DNA of 64,000 bases from Trichoplax sp. H2 (taxonomy: Eukaryota). Location of the stretch: positions 1 to 64,000 of the forward strand of contig NOWV01000194.1 of assembly GCA_003344405.1 (NCBI GenBank). Direction: 5' to 3'. The notes under the pieces are model-generated. The model did no database searches. It had not been told where the DNA came from and was given only the letters and a program-made list of their open reading frames with translations. Shown here in pieces: positions 28,301-41,799 of the stretch; the stretch's first letter is position 1; each line of letters opens with the position of its first letter. Made by a program: the position numbers and the translations under genes.

Positions 28301-31300
28301 AGGTTTCAGGTCGTGGGAAAAATACCTCAGTACCTAAATTATTCATGATGAATACGAGTACATGTCAGAATTATCTACAGACACAACGATACCTTTACAA
28401 ATTACACTACTTGCCTTCAATAATTGAAGCTGTAACTATTGCTACCAGTGAATGATCACTGTTGATAGAATTATCATTAACTAAGCTACAAAGATGAGAA
28501 AACATTTCCTGACGGCTAGCCACTGTTGCATCCTATAAGGATTAAGGAGATTATCCGGAATAAATTTTGATATAAATTTAAAGGTATCAAAAAAGATCAT
28601 TTTAGAGTTAAATACGTTAATTATTTACCTTATTGGCAGAGTTGTCATTATTACTTTCATTTGAATCATTTTGTAATTCTTTCCAGCTCTCAGATGTTTT
28701 CAGCCGAGGTAAGGTTAAATATAATACTCGCAGTATCAATATCTTAGCTAGTTTTCCTTTATTATCGTTCCTATGTAATTACCATTAAAATGACCACATT
28801 GTAAAGAAGTAGTACAGTATAGTACTTGGTATTTGACTCAAAAGTAAAAATCTACAAACCTTTTCGTATAAAAAGAATATAACTTCCATATCGTACTCAA
28901 ATTTAGCGAATTATTATCATGAAAAAACTAGATCAATGAAAGAAATTTGTTACTAGTGGTAAAATTGATCCATCAGAAATCAACGACCAATCAGGCGTAG
29001 TTTACGCCAATTAAATCATTGTTACCTTATTTTTAGATACTGTAGATTGTTTTCGTAAATTTCTCTGCAAATAAAATAATTCATAAAAAAGATTATAATG
29101 TAATCATAGTTTATCAAATATAGTGCTACGTGCTTATGCTAATAATTATATTATAAGCTATCGTATAATTGATAGGTTACGAATTATAGCATTAACAAAA
29201 ATTCAATAACTATGAAGAATTAAATATTTCTATAGAGAATGGAAGATATATTAATTACAATGCTGACCTGCTTTAACAAGCAACTACAAATTAAATTAGT
29301 TACGCGAAGAACAACAGAGTCTGCTTCGATAGGAGCCGCAGCAGAGTCAGGAATTGGTGCAACGGCATCCTAGTGTTTTAAAATGAGAAATTAACTCCAC
29401 CTATACATCGTTGTTTCTGTAACATTTTTAATCCTAATTTATTCTAAACTATTATTAATATTGAAGACATTTCATATTCACCACATTAATGTAATCAAAT
29501 TCCGGGATCTTGGGGTATGAGAATCCAAGAAATTTTATAGATCTAATACTTAATCGATCAGCTTCATCGCCTTGTGTTCCAAGAAGTTTAACTACAACAT
29601 ACTGACAGAAATAATTCTCATTATAATTATAATTACCAACTAAAACTCGTTTGTAATACTATAAAGCCGTAAGGTTGAACAGTTTTTCATTTGCTAATCA
29701 TAAAATTGCAAATCTAATAGCATGCTTCGTTAAAATATCTATTTAATAGTATCATTACCTTTCCAGTTCTAATGACATCCATTTCGACAAATGTTTCATA
29801 TCTATTCGAAAACATGGATCATAGTACCCGAATAAAAACCCTATCCATTAATACTACGTTAGAGAAAATATTCAAATACCTATCGGACATAAAATCCATA
29901 CAAACAACCGGATTTAGGTTACTTTTATCATAGGGCGATTTCGTTCTTCTATAACAGCAATATCATAATATTTTTATATGATTGTTTAAATCAAGAATTA
30001 TGCTATAGATCACAATGGAATAGAATTCTTAACTGCTAACCTATCATGTATCATCTTCTCGTATTGTTCCGTTGTCATATCATCGTATTTTTTTAGATCA
30101 TTGAGTAATGACTTTAGACAGAAAGAGCTATCATTCCTTCAGTAAAAAGAAATTATGCGGTAAGTTAATTATGCCTTAAAATTTGATTCTCAGTACATTT
30201 TAAAATTGAACCGGCTTACCTATTATCGTTGATTACAAACACTAAGCAATACTTTGGACAAGTAGACCCTTTGGCAGTCTAGGATAATAACGTCAATAAA
30301 AGAACAAAAATTAGAAATGTAGTACTGATTAGAATACTACTGTAAAAAGAAAATTCCAATAACTTTTATGTAAACCTTAAATTTAAGAGCAGTTAGCTGC
30401 AGTACATGTGCTTCTTTTTTACAAGTAAAAACCAGTGTCGCTTTCTTTTCTCCCGTAGCAGTAGAAAAAGCTACATGATAATTTATAAAATGATTGCTAT
30501 CAGTATACAAGTATGGATCATAATTATTGAGTAGACAATGCTAGAAAAAGATCAATGATTGTCAAGCTTACTTCCACTATCTTGCAGAACAGTATCCGCT
30601 AAATTTTGATCATCTTTCGCTTGGACATCACAATAAAATAAAGATATATCCAAGGCATCTCCTATTTTTTATTTACAATTAAAGTTATTACAACGACTCA
30701 ACTCTTTTCTTCATTAATACAAGAATTCATCGCATTTCAATATTGTATAAAGTGAATTAGCAACGCATTCTTAATAAAAAGAAATTGTAACTAAAAGGAT
30801 AATTATTAATTTTTCATTAGAAGGAAATCAATTTATAGGTCAGTTTGATAAATAAAATAAAGGAATATAGCCCATGAAATATAATGTTATCAACATCAAA
30901 CCTACTTGAGCTACGAAGCAACTTGTAATATTCAGCATACATTGACACCAGTAATTCTCGGCACTTTAATTTAGTTTCTGAATTATCTAATGTTAAATTT
31001 TTAACTTCAACTTAGTATTAGATTAGCATGATAAAGCAGAGATAGTTTACCCAAATCCTTGTTAATCACTTACCCACTAACAAATTTAATGCACGTATAA
31101 TGCTTCCTAAATCCGCAGTAGCCAATGAAAACGTCAGAAAACATTCTAATACTTCAGCCTTTGTATTTGGATCATTATCGCTAAAACAATATTTAAAGAT
31201 ATGAATTGAGGTAAATAATCAGACCAGTTAGCATTTCATCTTAATAACTCATAAATGAGATACGAGACTTCAAATTAGCAAAAATAAATAAACATGTTAC

Positions 31301-34300
31301 ATTCGAACATTAACACGTGCTTATTAATAATGCCCAAAAAGATGGGTCACAACTTACTCTATTAGTGCATACAGAAAATTTTCTATCGATTCTTGAGTCC
31401 TGTTGCTCAAGTATTTGATAAGATTTTGTGTTGTAGATAAACACAATGGCTTAAAATCTCTCAGTGCGATTCTATCCATTAACGGTAAAATAGAATCATC
31501 ATTTCATTAATTATATCGAACATTGCTATAAAATATAGGATTAGCAGTTACTTTGCATGATTAAGTAGAGCTTTCTTCAAGCTAGGAGATACAGGTAATG
31601 CCGCTTTAACAGTTTCAGTAACGATAGAAAGCAACCAAGTAATAGAGCTAGATACAATATTGAGCTCAGGTGCCGGTTTAGCATATCTAAAACAAAATTC
31701 GTATGCTGTTACAGTTTAATTAAAGGCTGTAGTGGTAATGTCATAGTACTTACCGATAGCCAATCGTTTTGATACCACGAATTCGGGTATCACAGCCTCC
31801 ACTATGGCAACGTTGAATGTTTATTTGAAAAACTGTAAAGTTTTGAGTAGGAACATAATACAATAAATCGAGTAAATTTGAATAGCCTAAATGCTAAATC
31901 GTTTAACTTGTAATGGGAAATCATGTTGTACCTGTATATGAAAAGTTACTATGTCTTTCATAGACTTTGAAATAGCCATGATGAGAACTAGATAAATGAT
32001 ATTGACACGAAGTAAATGTAATATTTAACTTCAAACGTAGGATTGATCACGATCAGTAACAGCTGGACAAGAAGATGTAACTACACCCAAGGGCTAAGAG
32101 GGTGTCACTTTTTCATTGCTTATTAAAGTAAATCTTAAAGTAAATCTTAAAGTAAATAAGGGCTGGACTAGCTAGCTAAGCACAGAAATGTTTTAAAAGT
32201 ATACCAAATGAAAGGCAATACTTGTAAATTAATCTATATTTCGTACTTTGGAATAGTTACTGTAGACACGATATTAACAGAGTCAGCATCAAATCCAGCA
32301 GAAACAGAAACTTGTTTGGGCATATAACTTTGGTCTACTGGAACAACATAGATACTGAGCTCTGTTAATTCAACATCCGGTTTGATACTTAGCCTACATA
32401 TATAAAAATTTTAAAGAGGATAGTAAATAGATTTTCAATTCCAAGTAAAACGTGTGTAGATGCATAAACCGATAGTATTCTAATAAGTTCCTTTACCTTA
32501 TCCAATGTGTTCCTGTAATACCATCCGATTGCCAACAAGTGTGAAAATTTCCATCCAAGAGGCTATATCAACAGGACAAAGATAATAAGATGCAAAGGGC
32601 AGCAAGAAATTTGGTCATGGTAAGAGAAATAAATGAATATTATATATACTCGTACTTACTTATTCAACGTATCACTGTTTGATGACACCTCCAATTTTTG
32701 ATGACATTTTAAACATAGTGTTCGTATTTGTTTCTCCCCGCTATCATCGTAGGTAGTACTTGCAACTAAAATGTAATCAAGTTATACCAGATATTTATTT
32801 CTAAATTAAAACCAATCCACTACATCATTATTTGCTATCGATAGAACAAAAGCACTACTACATCGCATTTCCTACTCTTGATACCTTTTAAACTCATTTC
32901 ACCCATAATTTTTGCGATAGCTTTATCACGTAATGCGAAGGAATCATTGATATAGTTTAAGGGAGGAAATGGAACTGAGGTAGCCGAAATTTGATTATTT
33001 ATGATATACTAGAATGAAGAAGTACTTTATTAGAAAGTTTATGTGAGACACACATATACGGTATATACCGTGTTGAAGAATAAATATTTGTAACGAAAAG
33101 CAAATATGCTCTCACCTTCATCAATGACCGATATAAATCTTTTCTCTTTCCTTCATTGGTAAGAGCATTAACACGACCTTACAAATAATCAATAAAGCAA
33201 GTCAATAACAAAGACATTAAAAAAGCAACGTATATTTCCTTTCGCATTGACTATAACACGCTCAGAAAAATGCATTTTTATAACTTTTATTTCATTAACT
33301 GTAATGTAACTTACCAGGTGTCAGCGGACACGTTGTAAACATGTAATTGCTTCCATTTAATTCATCATTTTGTGAGCGAAAGCGCTGCTTGAAAAGCTAT
33401 TTCAGTATAGATGGAAATGTGGATAAACATATCTGTTAATTAGATCTAGAAACTTTGACTAATGAGTTATACTATAGGAGCAGTAATTTTAGCAGGTTCT
33501 GATATTAGTCACAGACTAACCTCCATAAAATCTTTACTATTTATGATACCTTGACCTTCAATATCGAGCTGATCGAAAGCCTATAATAATAACACGTCGA
33601 CTTTTATTATTAAAAGCGTTCGTATTCGAATCTTGCTTTTATCAATTCTACATTGAGGCTACTGAAACTTACCTCAGCACCTTTCTCTGCAGTAAGTCCA
33701 TGAGATTCCAAAAAATTGATAAATTGAAATTTGGTGACAGAATTCTAAACAGGGTAACAAAACAGATTGTTATAGAAGTATCTCCCGTAATTGTCCGCTT
33801 TACTACGACACAGGCCAATAGGTCTTTGCTCATCATACTATATATACTGGTAAATGTGTGTTGCCAGACTATTTAATTAAAGTAAAGTATGTTGCCAACT
33901 AAGCTTACAGAATATTCATTCAATTTTACAGACTAGCCATAGATACAGTAGTCAGTGCGTAATGTACGGTAGTAGTCATTGCTATTAAGGGATACGGTAG
34001 ATAAGCTTAATCCTCTATCACTCCCATCAAGACTTTGCACTTATCCTACGTGGCTGCAATTTTTTTTGATACATGCATGGTTTAATTGCAAGTCAACGTA
34101 TAAAAATGGAATGGCGATGATATCAAGGCAAGGAAGCATCTTTGTCTACAAAGTCATTCAAATAGAATGATCAAAAAAATTCTATCTGTAAATTGTTACA
34201 ACTATACAAGTAATATTGCCCACCCATTGCCTTTGCTATTTATAAAAGTATTTGAACCAGCAAGGTTATACTTGTATATCTATATATTGCGAATAAAATT

Positions 34301-37300
34301 TACGACTATTTATGCTATACTGTATACTGTAAATAAATCCAAGATTAATTTTAAACGTCATATTGGCATCTATCCATGATATACCTCACGCCTTTCTGCT
34401 CTATCTTCAAGCCATGCTATCGTTGTTGATAAAACATCGCTAATGGATAATTCTACTTTATCGCTGCTATGTAAGACAGTGAATAATACGCCAATTTTAA
34501 TTTCAAGAATTAATTAGTCAATCAAAGTAGATTAAATTAACTACAATTATAAATGTTTATTACGGTGCGATGACGGAGACACTAGACGAAATTTATAATA
34601 GAATGGACTATGATCCTTTCTGTTTGCATTTCTGATATTCTATTGTATATTCAGTTTAATTTCATGTCGTTTTCTATTTCTATCTATTACATTTATTATA
34701 GCATTCACTTTCATTGACATATAGTAGTACGTTAAGATTCTATTACTATCATTCTTAATTTCCACATTTATTACTGTTACCATTGCAATCACTTACGATG
34801 TTACAAATTTTCGTAAACTTTCTAGATTAAAAAGATCACAAATTTCTTCATTATTTACAAGTTCAGTGTTCTAAAATGGAGAAAAAGCAATTACAGATTC
34901 ATATCCATTCTGTGCATTAATTCATGCAGTCTATTACGATAAGCATATGACTCAATCATTATCTGCCGTAAGCAATCTACTAGTTTGCTAAGTCAAAATG
35001 GCTGCTAGAATATCGAAAACAGTACTACTATCTCAATCGATAGAGGGATCACTTTATTAACTGTAAGCAATTTAAGACGAAACCATAACAGCTTAGAGCA
35101 TAATGTAACGAATATAATGTGTTTTATTGCCTTCAAGTCTGGATAATCTTGAACTACTGTCTGAAATAACAAGATAATCTATTACAAGTTACGAACATTA
35201 CATAACATGGAGGAAGAATACTTTTCTGTTGCTCATCCATACTCTCTGGGTTATCAAGTTGAAATTCAACAGCACGAAGGGAATGGATGTAAAAGTCTGT
35301 AGAGTCAAGGTCTACAATATCCTGTCATAGTCTATGTATATATATATTTATATATTGCAATCAACACACGAAGTGGCAGTGAGTTATTAAGGGTAAATCT
35401 TTCAACACGGTCTTTGTAACATATTCCCTTGTTTAAGACGACAAATAGAGTTGCATGGAATGGTCTACATTGGTTAATGATAGGGTAGAAGAAGGTTCAG
35501 ACGATGCATACCAATCGTGGATAAATGGGGTTTCCTAACCTGTAGTACTGTATGTAAGACTTGTACAAGTTGTTTGTATTACAAATGATATGAAATAGAA
35601 TTTCTCCTTGCCTAAGACTTGAACGATAATAAAGGTGTTTGGATAAATAATTCTGCCATGATTCAAGTCCTAGTGAAGAGTGGATTGGCGATTCTTCTAT
35701 TATGTAATCCAGTTTAATCAGGATTGACCACAAGTTAATTAATCCAATTTATTTTATTATGATGGGGTAATTTAGTTAAAAGTACTCTTGGGCCCAATCC
35801 AAGCTAGACACAGTGAAACGAAATTTAAAGCTAGTGTATTTATCATTTTATCCAGTTAAATCAAGAATGACTTCAAATCATTTAATCCTATTGATTTCAT
35901 TGTGATGGAGTTTATTTGCAAAGTACCCTGGCCCCAATCAACGGTGACATGGTCCAATCACTTTTATAGCATAAATTAATGAATTTAATTGATTTCATGA
36001 TGATGAAGAAATTGATCAGAAAGTATCCAGATCCCTACCAACGATAGACAGACATAATCAAGCGACTTTTTGGAGCTCTTTTTTTCCATGATTTAATCCA
36101 GTTGAATTAGAAATGATGATAAAGCATGGACTACTAGAAAAACGATACGATTTTTTTTTCTAGCAATCCATGCAATAAGCTAACTAATCCAAGTTATTTG
36201 ATGGTGATGGAGTCATTGATATTCTTGGAAAGTAACTAGGCCCCAATCACCGATGGACACAGTCCAACGTGATTGAGATGCCTGAATCCATGTTCTACTA
36301 TGTATTGATTGGCAACGGGAAGAATTGCAAAATGACGATCGATGTAGTTTATCTATGCTGTAATATCCAAGCTTTACTATTGGAATGGTTATCAAGAGGA
36401 TGAATTGATTCGTAGTATAATTTACGAAGAGTTTACTCTCTGTAAATAAAATACTACTAAGCTGGAAGAGCGGTGTTATCTACTTCAATGATAATTTCAT
36501 ACCAACATGTCCACTTGTCCAGTCTATCATTTCTACTTTCTTTATGACATAACTCTAGCAAGTCTTACTTGCAATGATCAGAAGATACTCATTCATCATT
36601 CAGAATTGATAGCCAAAAAATACTACTGTATTCCCCTTCAAATTATGGTGTTATCCGTGGAACATGTCCACTCTATCATTTCTACTTTCTTTACCACACA
36701 ACTCTAGCAAGTCTTACTAGGAATGATGAGAATATAGCCATTCATCTATCAGAGTTGGCTCCATAAAGTATTATTCCCTTAAAATTGCGATGCTATCCGT
36801 AAAATTGAATCATAAGTTTACACCAATAGGTTCCAGTAAATCATTTCTACTCTGTGCATGACAAAACTCTAGGCGTCTTATTACTAGCAATGATCAGAAT
36901 ATACCCAATCATCAATCAAAGTTGGCTAAAAAATAAATACAACACTACCAACTTCTTTTCACGGCTGAGTTGTATGAAAGTCTTGTTGGGAATGATCAGA
37001 ATATATATCCACTAATATATCAGCTATCCTTGATTATTTCAATGTCATTTCCTATATTATTAATAGACCTAAATTCGACTGTACCATTTTGACAAGGGAA
37101 AAATTGAGTAAACAAGAAGAAATAGTCAAGCTATCCTTGATCATTTCTATTCGTCTATGTAATCGATGTGTTCTACAAGTTAAACAAGTACAATCACAAC
37201 GCCAAGGCAAGTAAACAAGCGCAAAATGTCCCGTTGGAGTAGAATAGACATGATCAAGACTCTCGTCATCGTGGAAATACTCGTAAGATCAAAAGTCCAA

Positions 37301-39826
37301 ACGATCATTTTCCACGGTTCCAATCGGCAATTACTGACGATCGAAAGGCAGAATCGGCATGTTTTTAGTATTTGTTTTTATTGTTGTCGTCCTCCATGTC
37401 GACATGTCGACATGGAGATGGCGATAAAATAGCGATCTAAACTCGAATGCACAATCGTTGAACAAGTAATTCTATCCTCGTAAATTAGGGTGAATAGGGC
37501 GTCTAAAAGCAATGCTTTTGGAAAGGAGTAGGGTGGACAAGGTCAAGATCTCACTCAAGGCTTACTAGGGACAAGATGGAAACTACAATATTGTCTAGTT
37601 CAATCCTATTCCCGTTTCAGCCGGCAGTAAGGGATTATTGATTGCAGGCGGGATTTTTTTAGCCATTTTTAAATCATGACCATTCTTGGCGCAATACACG
37701 TAGAAAAATAGAGCAATCTAGAATTCTAGATGCCTTTATCAATCCTCGTCGAGTAGAATAACTCCCTTTCCTTTCAGAATCCTTGTCCAATGGAACCGTA
37801 AAAGAAGACCCCCACCCGGTCAAGGTTATTCGAAAAACATGAGTAGAAAGGAGAATCCATTTTGTACGCGTAGTTTAATCCGATGGTAGTGGGCCATGTT
37901 GATGTCAACTAGAACAATCTACCGATTGGTTTCCACGTTTACAGTAGTTTATTTTGGTTGCTAGAATCACGTCGAAAATGCACATCAATTATTCTTCTAC
38001 TTAGTAGAATCCAATCGTATAGTAAACTGTAGTATTCCTATCGAAATCAATTCTAGCAAACTATCGATCGCCGACTAGACATTCATGAATAAAGAGAAGT
38101 CTTGCTGGCAACTGGAACCTTGTACAATCCAATCAGTATAAGAGTATCGTCGTCTTCAAGTTGAAAATTCATTCAACCTGCCAATTCATTGCAGGCTAGA
38201 CATGAAAAAAACAGTAAGAAAATATGGCTGCAAACTGCAACCTTGTCCAACTTTTAATCCAGTCGTACAGTACAGTATAGTAGACTGGTTGAAAATCAAC
38301 TGGAGCTCATCGATTGCAGGTTCGATATTAAAGAAAAAACATTGCTCCCAACGGTAACCTTGAATTGTAGAATATACCCGTATAGTATTCAAGTTGAAAT
38401 CAACAGCTTTATCGATTGCAGGCTAAACTGCTTTCATGTGTATGTTTGTGGTACTACATATGGAAAAGGTTGATTCAAATGCATCTTTCATTTCGTCGAG
38501 TAGATCAAGTCCTTTGAAAGGTAAATAAATAAGCCTCTTTTGCAATAAAGAATGAACATTGTCAAGAACTTGTTCGCATTTGGATCTGAACGATATCGTA
38601 ATTCAGTTGGAATCATGATCGATGGCAGAATAGAATTGCGTTGAAAAGACATCATGTTATGCCAAGTACGCATAGCAAATGGAGTTGAAGATTGATTTCA
38701 GAAGAGTTCTTTGACTGATCATGTCCAAAGTTGGAAGGTATTCGTCTACATTAATAAGGGGGTGTTAGAAAGTAATCTACAGTGATCTAATGAACATGGT
38801 CAAGACCGTTGTTGCCGTTGTTAGGAAATAGAGACGGAAACGACCATTTCGACTAGTTTAATGGCATTATCGTGGGTAGTATTGAAGTTGGAAATCAATC
38901 ATCGGCTCTCGATGGAGATTGGACATGTTTTGGAGTGTTTATTTTGGGGGAGCGATGGGAATCCCTGTAAGCCCTGCTAGGATAGATGTCTACCGGCTCA
39001 GGGTTGGCGTAAATCCAAGACAAGAAGTTATCCCGATCGCCATAAGCACGAGCGGAATCTTATGACAATGATGGATCGATTTCTACTACTCCATCATGGC
39101 AATAAAACTTGTCTTGATTAAGAAAGCTATGGCCTAGACAAGATCATGGATGGCATTTTCCATTCGATCGCAATGATCAAGCAGCAAGAAGGACGCGATC
39201 GGGTTGATCATCATCGCTCAAGTAGGGGAATTCAGCGACGATGACGATGCATTTCAATCATCAGGGATCAATAAACTCTATCCAAGGAAATCATCATCAT
39301 TCGTTGTCGATCCATTGCTTAAGATCGATAGAAATGGATGGAAATGATTGAAATGTTATGTCCAAAAGGATTGCTGATAGAAAAATAATAACAATACTAT
39401 GTTGGCAATCCGAGCCATGTTGATGATGGCTGCATGATACTGCAAGTCTGCTCGATTGCTGTCAAAGAGTAGTGCATCAAGTTTGCATCATGATAGATCG
39501 ACTTGGTCATACTTCAAGTCTACCTATGGCATAAATCCATCTTGGCCACTCGATGCAAACTATGCCAATCTTGATGTAAGCGAACAAGAAATGGATAACT
39601 TTGCATCAAGCTTTGGCCATTAGCAGTCGGATTGGACGTATGACTCAGCTGTCCAATCATGTCGCTAGTCTAACGTCATGACTGAACAGGCTGAATGCGA
39701 GCAAACCCTATTCAAATGTCTAGCCGACTAGACGCTAACTTTCCGTCTTACCTCAGTGTCTGATTCATCCAACAGCTCGTCGCTTTCGTTACTGTCTTCT
39801 CCAGAATTTGATTCTACATTACCCAT
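16320..39826 (-). CDS. ZZEF1: Zinc finger ZZ-type and EF-hand domain-containing protein 1 ortholog (many exons)
   Basis: Exon 1 39826-39752 MGNVESNSGEDSNESDELLDESDTE followed by GTAAG. EF-hand AFDQLDIEGQGIINSKDFME (~33580-33520). APC10/DOC domain LLDGNFHTCWQSDGITGTHWI...QINIQRCHSGGCDTRIRGIKTIG (~32570-31755). CUB-like segments with ESNHNYENN, FDERCRTE, FNSDSSNTDWGYKFK (~26720-26220) and a second near 17960-17420. Two ZZ fingers (~23100-22580) followed by YLHNYSWNLFTGLAIYAA. Inferred last exon 16437-16320. Terminal exon and exon 2 are less certain than the core. Confidence 0.9.
35700..36295. repeat. Degenerate tandem repeat, ~4 units of roughly 110-200 bp, in ZZEF1 intron 1
   Basis: Recurring blocks (T)AATCC...TGATGG(A/G)G...AAAGTA...CCCAATC...GACA near 35740, 35883, 35980 and 36186, and ATCCAGTT...AAT...G near 35706, 35850 and 36096. 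Confidence 0.55.
36470..37010. repeat. Degenerate tandem repeat, 3 units plus a partial one of ~150-165 bp, in ZZEF1 intron 1
   Basis: ATCATTTCTACT...AACTCTAG...GTCTTA...AATGAT(C/G)AGAA recurs at ~36526, ~36676 and ~36840, with a partial copy at ~36980. Confidence 0.75.
38105..38435. repeat. Degenerate tandem repeat, 3 units of ~110-130 bp, in ZZEF1 intron 1
   Basis: AACCTTG...GTTGAAA(A)T...ATTGCAGG recurs three times (ATTGCAGG near 38188, 38313 and 38415). Confidence 0.6.
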
Positions 39827-40593
39827 TGCCAATAAGATTGCTTCCTTTATCAATCAAGATGGCAAGAAATAAATTAAAACTTGGATATAACCGCTGGCCA
39901 GGGATTAATGTCCGGCAATATTCTGATTCTGTTAATCGCTGACGAAGAAGAGAGTCTATCAAGGAATGACAGTCTGTCCGTCGGTAGTAGATGGGTTGAC
40001 GGACGTTCGGACAGTGGGAAGTGTTTTCCAAGGCTGTACAGTGTCTGGTTTGGTATTACAGTGTATAGGCTTTTGTATAAGAAATGGGAGTCAACCTGGG
40101 GTATCCCATGTTAGCAGTTTCCTTCTGAGTGTGCTCAGAATACCCGTCACTTTCGACCGAGTAGTCTACCTACGGAAGCATAGCACCGTAGACTATGGCT
40201 GTCTATCAGAAGAAAGTAAATACGTCAAGAGACTATAAGCTGGAGTCTACTCTGTGTAGTAATATAGCATACAGTATTAAGGTCTGATTGCATCCAATCG
40301 TTCTAGCTGGAGCTCAATGGCGTCCTAAGCCAGACAATCGTATAATTATTATTTTTAATCGAGGCAACAGACCTCGCTGGAGTCGAGGAGAGCCTTCATA
40401 TTCTTCATTATCACGTCCATGTTTTTACTCGATCTACATGTGCTATGCAGCTTGTCAGTCTAGACTCGTATACGAGAATTTTGAGCAGCAGTAGCGTACA
40501 GCTTGTGCAATGTGCAGTGTGCAGGCCATGACAACAGAATGCTTCTTCTTCTACAAGTTTACTGCACGATGCACTAGGCAGTCTAGGCGCTAG

Positions 40594-41676
40594 AGCAGAA
40601 GGAAGTTACCGCAATCGCATCAAATGCATATAGATCAGTACTTACTCAGCAATTGCTTGAATTCATTGTATCAATAAGCTGATAACAAGAGTAAATTGGA
40701 GGTGATACTTGTAGCAAAATAGAGCTGCAAGCGTAGTCGAATCAATCAGTCCAAGACCTGCAAGGACAGAAGAAGCAGAAGGAAGTTGCCGCAATCGCAT
40801 CAATTGCATGTACTAGAGATCAGTACTCAGCAATCGCTTGAATGCATTGTATCAATAAGCTGACAACAAGAGTAAATTGGAGGTGATACTTGTAGCAAAA
40901 TAGAGCTGCAAGCGTAGTCTAATCAATCAGTCCAAGACCTGCAAGGACCGAAGAAGCAGAAGGAAGTTGCCGCAATCGCATCAATTGCATATACTAGAGA
41001 TCAGTACTCAGCAATCGCTTGAATGCATTGTATCAATAAGCTGATAACAAGAGTAAATTGGAGGTGATACTTGTAGCAAAATAGAGCTGCAAGCGTAGTC
41101 TAATCAATCAGTCCAAGGCCTGCAAGGACCGAAGAAGTAGAAGGAAGTTGCCGCAATCGCATTAATTGCATTAGTGTAGATCAGTACTCAGCAATTGCTT
41201 GAATTCATTGTATCAATAACCTAACAACAAGAGTAAATTGGAGGTGATACTCATTGCAAAATAGAGCTGCAAGCGTAGTCTAATCAATCAGTCCAAGACC
41301 TGCAAGGACCGAAGAAGCAGAAGGAAGTTGCCGCAATCGCATCAATTGCATTAGTGTAGATCAGTACTCAGCAATTGATTGAATTCATTGTATCAATAAC
41401 CTAACAACAAGAGTAAATTGGAGGTGATACTCATTGCAAAATAGAGCTGCAAGCGTAGTCAAATCAATCAGTCCAAGAACTGCATGGACAGAAGAAGCAG
41501 AAGGAAGTTGCCGCAATCGCATCAATTGCATATACTAGAGATCAGTACTCAACAATCGCTTGAATTCATTGTATCAATAAGCTGACAACAAGAGTAGATT
41601 AGAGGTGATACTCATTGCAAAATAGAGCTGCAAGGGTTGTCAAATCAATCAATCAATCCAAGGCCTGCAAGGACCG
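40594..41676. repeat. Tandem array of six 180-181 bp units between the divergent ZZEF1 and NUF2 starts
   Basis: Units start at 40594, 40774, 40955, 41136, 41316 and 41496 (AG(C/T)AGAAGGAAGTT(A/G)CCGCAATCGCAT...). Units are highly similar with no unique spacers. Confidence 0.97.
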
Positions 41677-41799
41677 AGCGAGTCAGCCTAGTCATGGCTA
41701 TCCTAGTCAGCATGTAGCCGCTCTGATGCAGTACTAACTCGACTCAAGCATCTGTTGTTTTGCATGCCTACACCAAGCGTAGCATCACAATCTATCTCG

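Noticed and set aside
32123..32157. TTAAAGTAAATC repeated about three times in a ZZEF1 intron
   Set aside because: Ordinary short slippage duplication.
35219..35240. Nearby ATGs (MDEQQK / MSNRK) as the ZZEF1 start
   Set aside because: The 39826-39752 exon gives an MGNxxS start with a strong GTAAG donor and compatible phase, which fits better.
37740..37830. Walker A/B-like words on the minus strand (GVFFYGSIGQG ... VILLDED)
   Set aside because: No GK[ST], the motifs are only a few residues apart and interrupted by stops; likely chance.
40594..41676. Centromeric satellite next to a kinetochore gene
   Set aside because: Only ~1.1 kb long and embedded between gene starts; proximity to NUF2 is not evidence of centromere function.
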